From an uncultured bacterium (GTDB lineage: Bacteria; Pseudomonadota; Alphaproteobacteria; SP197): DNA of 56,577 bases. Shown here in pieces: positions 53,262 through 56,577 of this stretch. Where the stretch lies: contig CALLQH010000080.1 in NCBI GenBank assembly GCA_938014945.1, forward strand, positions 1 through 56,577, written 5' to 3'. Position 1 is the stretch's first letter, and the number at the start of each line of letters is the position of its first letter. The position numbers and the translations under genes are program-made. A model generated the notes under the pieces. That model saw nothing but the letters and a program-made list of their open reading frames with translations. It was not told where the DNA came from and made no database searches.

Positions 53262-55385
53262 ATGGCCCCGCAAGCCACGCCCAGCCGGCCTCTCCAGCAT
53301 CGGCTCACGCCTCTCCTCAATCCTTCGAGCATTGCCGTCTACGGCGCCTCCACGCGCGAACATGCGCCGGGCAACACCGCGGTACTCTTTGCCCGCGACG
53401 GCGCAGAGGCCCGCGGCCGGCGTGTCTATCCGATCAATCCAAAGTACGAGGAGATCGAGGGGCTGAAGGCCTATGCCGGGCTCGGCGATCTGCCCGAAGC
53501 GCCGGACCTGGCGATCTTCTGCGTCGGCAGCGAGCGCATGGAGCAGGCCGTGACCCAGGCCGCGGAGGCGGGCGTCAAGGCGGGCGTCATCTTCGCAAGC
53601 TGTTACCTGCAGGAAGAGACCAACCCCAAGCTCACCCAGCGCATCGCCGCCATCTGTGCCGAAGCCGGCATGGAGCTGTGCGGCGGCAACTGCATGGGCT
53701 TCTACAACAACGAGGAGCATTTCCGCGCCTCGGCCTTCGGCATCGTCGGCCCCTGTCACAGCGGCGGCATCACGCTGATCAGCCACTCGGGCTCTCAGTG
53801 GGGCTCGTTCCTGCACAACGACACGCGCTGGCGCTACAACCTCGCCATCTCGGCCGGCCAGGAGCTGGCGACGGTGGCCGCCGACTACCTCGACTATGCC
53901 CTGGAGATGGAAAGCACCCGGGTCGTGGGCCTGTTCCTGGAGACCGCGCGTAAACCCGAACGTTTCGTCGCAGCCCTGGAGAAGGCGCGCGATCGGGGCA
54001 TCCCCGTGGTCGCCATGAAACTTGCGCGCACGGCGGCGGCAGCCCATTTCGCCGCAACCCATTCGGGGGCCATCGCGGGCAACCATGCCGCCTACGAGGC
54101 GCTGTTCGACCGCTATGGCGTCATCTCGTGCCAGAACCTCAACGAGTTCGGCGCGACCCTGCTCATGCTCGGCAGCGAGCGGCGGGTCGCCCAGGGTGGC
54201 CTTGCCGGCCTGCTCGATTCCGGCGGCTACCGGGAGATGGTGACCGACATCGCCAGCGACGAGGGCGTGCCGATGGCGCGCCTCAACCAGGCGACCATGG
54301 AGCGCCTGCGCGCCCGCCTCGATCCGGACCTGGAGCCGGCCAATCCGCTGGATGCCTGGAGCACCTCGGACGGCTACGAGGAGAAGTTCACCGACTACTT
54401 CCGCATGCTGAGCGACGATCCCGACACGGCGATGACCATGGGCTTCTACGACGTGCGTTCGGATTCCCGCCTGCACCACGGCTACACACGCGCGCTCAAG
54501 ACCGCCATGAGCGAGACGACCAAGCCGTTTGCCATCTGCGTCAACTTCAGCGCGGCCGACAACTTCCGCCTGCGCCAGGAACTGGCCGAGGAAGGCGTGC
54601 TGGTCTTCGACGGCACCACCGAGGGCCTGCGCGCGGTGGGCCACGCCTTCGAGCATCGCGACATGCTGGCGCGCAAGGATGGCCCGCCGCCGGCCCCGCC
54701 CTCCGCGGAGGTGATCGCGGTCTGGCGCGAGCGGCTTGCCGCGGGCGAGCCGCTGGATGAGGCCGAGGGCCTGGACCTGATCGCCGCCTTCGGCGTGCCG
54801 GTGATCGACCATGCCGTGGTCGAGAGCGAGGCGGATGCGCTCGCTGCCGCCGAACGTATGGGCTATCCGCTGGCGCTGAAGACCGCTGTCCCCGGCATCC
54901 AGCACAAATCCGACGTCGGCGGCGTCCACCTTGGCCTTGCCAGTGCCGAGCAGGTGAAGACGGCCTACAACGATCTGGCGACGCGGCTCGGCGCGCGGGC
55001 CATGCTCAGCCCCATGGCGGCGCGGGGCGTGGAGATGTCGCTCGGCATCGTCGCCGATCCCCAGTTCGGGCCGCTGGTGATGGTGGGCTCGGGCGGCATC
55101 CTCGTGGAGCTTCTGGCCGACCGGCGCGTGATCCTGCCGCCGTGCAGCGAGAGCGACGCGCGACGCCACATCGACAAGCTGAAGGCGCGCCGCCTGCTGG
55201 ACGGCATGCGCGGCCAGCCGGCCGCAGACGTCGCCGCGCTCGCCCGCGCGGTTGCCGCCCTTTCGGTGCTTGCCGCCGAAGTCGGCGATCTGCTCGCCGG
55301 GCTGGACATCAACCCGGTCATCGTCGGCGCGGCGGGGTGCGTCGCCGTCGATGCCCTTGTCATCCCGCGCGCTGCAGAGAGCTGA
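53262..55385 (+). CDS. ADP/NDP-forming acyl-CoA synthetase (acetate--CoA ligase family), paralogue 3
   Basis: Motifs LLNPSSIAVYGAS, AATHSGAIAGN and GYPLALKTAVPGIQHKSDVGGV. It has the same three-domain layout as 11548 and 31235. Confidence 0.85.
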   Translation: MAPQATPSRPLQHRLTPLLNPSSIAVYGASTREHAPGNTAVLFARDGAEARGRRVYPINPKYEEIEGLKAYAGLGDLPEAPDLAIFCVGSERMEQAVTQAAEAGVKAGVIFASCYLQEETNPKLTQRIAAICAEAGMELCGGNCMGFYNNEEHFRASAFGIVGPCHSGGITLISHSGSQWGSFLHNDTRWRYNLAISAGQELATVAADYLDYALEMESTRVVGLFLETARKPERFVAALEKARDRGIPVVAMKLARTAAAAHFAATHSGAIAGNHAAYEALFDRYGVISCQNLNEFGATLLMLGSERRVAQGGLAGLLDSGGYREMVTDIASDEGVPMARLNQATMERLRARLDPDLEPANPLDAWSTSDGYEEKFTDYFRMLSDDPDTAMTMGFYDVRSDSRLHHGYTRALKTAMSETTKPFAICVNFSAADNFRLRQELAEEGVLVFDGTTEGLRAVGHAFEHRDMLARKDGPPPAPPSAEVIAVWRERLAAGEPLDEAEGLDLIAAFGVPVIDHAVVESEADALAAAERMGYPLALKTAVPGIQHKSDVGGVHLGLASAEQVKTAYNDLATRLGARAMLSPMAARGVEMSLGIVADPQFGPLVMVGSGGILVELLADRRVILPPCSESDARRHIDKLKARRLLDGMRGQPAADVAALARAVAALSVLAAEVGDLLAGLDINPVIVGAAGCVAVDALVIPRAAES

Positions 55386-55458
55386 GCACCGCACGGATGG
55401 CGCGTGCGGCGGGGCTGACCTAAAGTGACGCACGCCGTTCCCGCAACATGAGGCTGCC

Positions 55459-56343
55459 GTGATCCGCAATCCCATCCCCTGGCCGAACGGCGCACGCTGC
55501 GCGGTCGCCTTCACCTTCGACATGGACGGCGAGAGCCTGATGCATGTCGGCCAGCCCGACAGCATCGCCGACCGGCCGGTCGGCACCTCGGACCTGCGCT
55601 ACGGGCCGGAGATCGCGGTGCCGCGGCTGGTGGACCTTTTCGCCAAATACGGCATGAAACAGACCTTCTTCGTGCCGGGCTGGTGCGTGAACAACTACCC
55701 CGCGACCATCGAGGAGATCCTCACCGGCGGCCACGAGATCGCGCACCACGGCTGGATCCACGGCCGCCTGCGCGAGATGAGCGACGAGGCCGAGGCCGAG
55801 GACATCGCCAAGGGCGTGGAGGCGATCGTTTCCGCGACAGGAGAGAAACCCCGCGGCTTCCGCGCGCCCAGCTACGCCATGTCGCGGCGCACCATGGGTT
55901 TCCTGCAGGACCACGGCATCGGCTACGAAGCCTCGCTGATGGGCGACGACCAGCCCTATCTGATCGAGAATGATCGGGGCACGATGGTGGAGCTTCCCAG
56001 CCACATGCCGCTCGACGACTGGACGCAGTTCGTCAGCTTCCCCGACTTCGGCGTGCGGATGCAGATCAAGGCGGCAAGCGATGCCTATGCCGTCCACGTC
56101 GAGGAATTCGACGCCATGTGGGAACACGGCGGCCTGTGGGTTTCCGTCTGGCACCCCTTCGTTTCCGGCCGCCTGCCGCGCGCCATGCAGATCGAGCGGC
56201 TGATCCGCCACATGATGGAGAAGGGCAACGTCTGGTTCGCGCGCATGGACGAGATCGCCGACCATGTGAACGGCCTGATCGCGCGTGGCGAATGGACGCC
56301 ACGCCGCCACCGATTCCCCCTGTGGGAAGAGGCGCAGCGCTAG
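55459..56343 (+). CDS. Polysaccharide-deacetylase (NodB-fold) family hydrolase, paralogue of 8551..9396
   Basis: Motifs PWPNGARCAVAFTFDMDGESL and GHEIAHHGWIHG. The start is GTG. Confidence 0.8.
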   Translation: MIRNPIPWPNGARCAVAFTFDMDGESLMHVGQPDSIADRPVGTSDLRYGPEIAVPRLVDLFAKYGMKQTFFVPGWCVNNYPATIEEILTGGHEIAHHGWIHGRLREMSDEAEAEDIAKGVEAIVSATGEKPRGFRAPSYAMSRRTMGFLQDHGIGYEASLMGDDQPYLIENDRGTMVELPSHMPLDDWTQFVSFPDFGVRMQIKAASDAYAVHVEEFDAMWEHGGLWVSVWHPFVSGRLPRAMQIERLIRHMMEKGNVWFARMDEIADHVNGLIARGEWTPRRHRFPLWEEAQR

Positions 56344-56357
56344 AAGCCCGGCCAGAC

Positions 56358-56577
56358 ATGGATCCTGCTCGGCGCTTTCCCTCCGTATGGTACCTGGAGC
56401 AGGCAACGCGCCGGCGTGTGCCCCGCTTCTGCTGGGAATACCTCACGGGCGGCGCGGGCCGGGGCGGCTGCGTCGCCCACAACAGGGCGATGCTCGATAC
56501 CGTGCGATTCGTGCCGCGCCTGCTGGGCGATGCCGCCGACCGGCCCGAGCTAACCGTCAATCTGATGGGCCGGCGCT
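56358..56577 (+). CDS. FMN-dependent alpha-hydroxy-acid dehydrogenase/oxidase (LldD-like), 5' part only
   Basis: Hand translation gives MDPARRFPSVWYLEQATRRRVPRFCWEYLTGGAGRGGCVAHNRAMLDTVRFVPRLL..., which matches the family's N-terminal pattern. The ORF runs off the window. Confidence 0.6.
   Translation, partial: MDPARRFPSVWYLEQATRRRVPRFCWEYLTGGAGRGGCVAHNRAMLDTVRFVPRLLGDAADRPELTVNLMGRR

Noticed and set aside
53244-55586. A 780-aa minus-strand ORF opposite the third acyl-CoA synthetase. Similar long antisense ORFs occur at 4853..6370, 10310..11893, 11848..13332, 14123..15709, 31082..33091 and 49766..50995.
   Set aside because: All are antisense to genes with clear family motifs and have arginine/glycine/alanine-rich products. 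They are GC-content artefacts.
1-56577. I looked for CRISPR arrays, tRNA/rRNA genes, transposases, integrases, and phage or defence-system genes.
   Set aside because: There are no spaced direct-repeat arrays, no intergenic region with tRNA-like structure or size, and no ORF with recombinase, transposase or nuclease signatures I could recognise. The only repeats are the four 40-nt hairpin elements.

Overview
This is a very GC-rich, gene-dense window with about 55 credible CDS on both strands. Third-codon positions are overwhelmingly G/C, which creates many long spurious antisense ORFs in the six-frame track. I saw no rRNA, tRNA, CRISPR array, transposase, integrase or phage gene. The gene content and a 'MDGPVKPDHD'-type palindromic repeat suggest an alphaproteobacterial chromosome or megaplasmid catabolic region; that taxonomic call is inference only. 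Content falls into five groups. (1) Three separate modules are each built around a paralogous ADP/NDP-forming acyl-CoA synthetase (11548, 31235, 53262). These sit with acyl-CoA dehydrogenases, enoyl-CoA hydratases, SDRs, TauD/TfdA dioxygenases and polysaccharide-deacetylase-fold hydrolases. (2) A stand-alone two-gene urease (fused gamma-beta subunit plus a divergent alpha subunit) has no ureDEFG anywhere in the window. (3) A 622-aa truncated cyanophycin-synthetase-like ATP-grasp protein has a vestigial Mur-ligase domain (CphA2-like architecture). (4) A guanidino-compound locus holds an agmatinase-family ureohydrolase, an amidinotransferase/DDAH-fold enzyme, a LysR regulator, a sensor kinase fused to a solute-binding domain and a TPP decarboxylase. 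Two small membrane ORFs in this locus are missing from the ORF track. (5) A TetR-controlled trimethylamine/histamine-dehydrogenase-family operon has a readable promoter and operator, next to an opine-oxidase-like flavoprotein pair. Other notable items are two inverted pairs of a 40-nt hairpin repeat with compensatory stem changes, an OmpA-family protein with a roughly 300-aa acidic region, a methyltransferase with a histone-H1-like tail, and a secreted protein with a cysteine-ladder C-terminus. All functional calls rest on motif and family recognition by eye; no database search was run.
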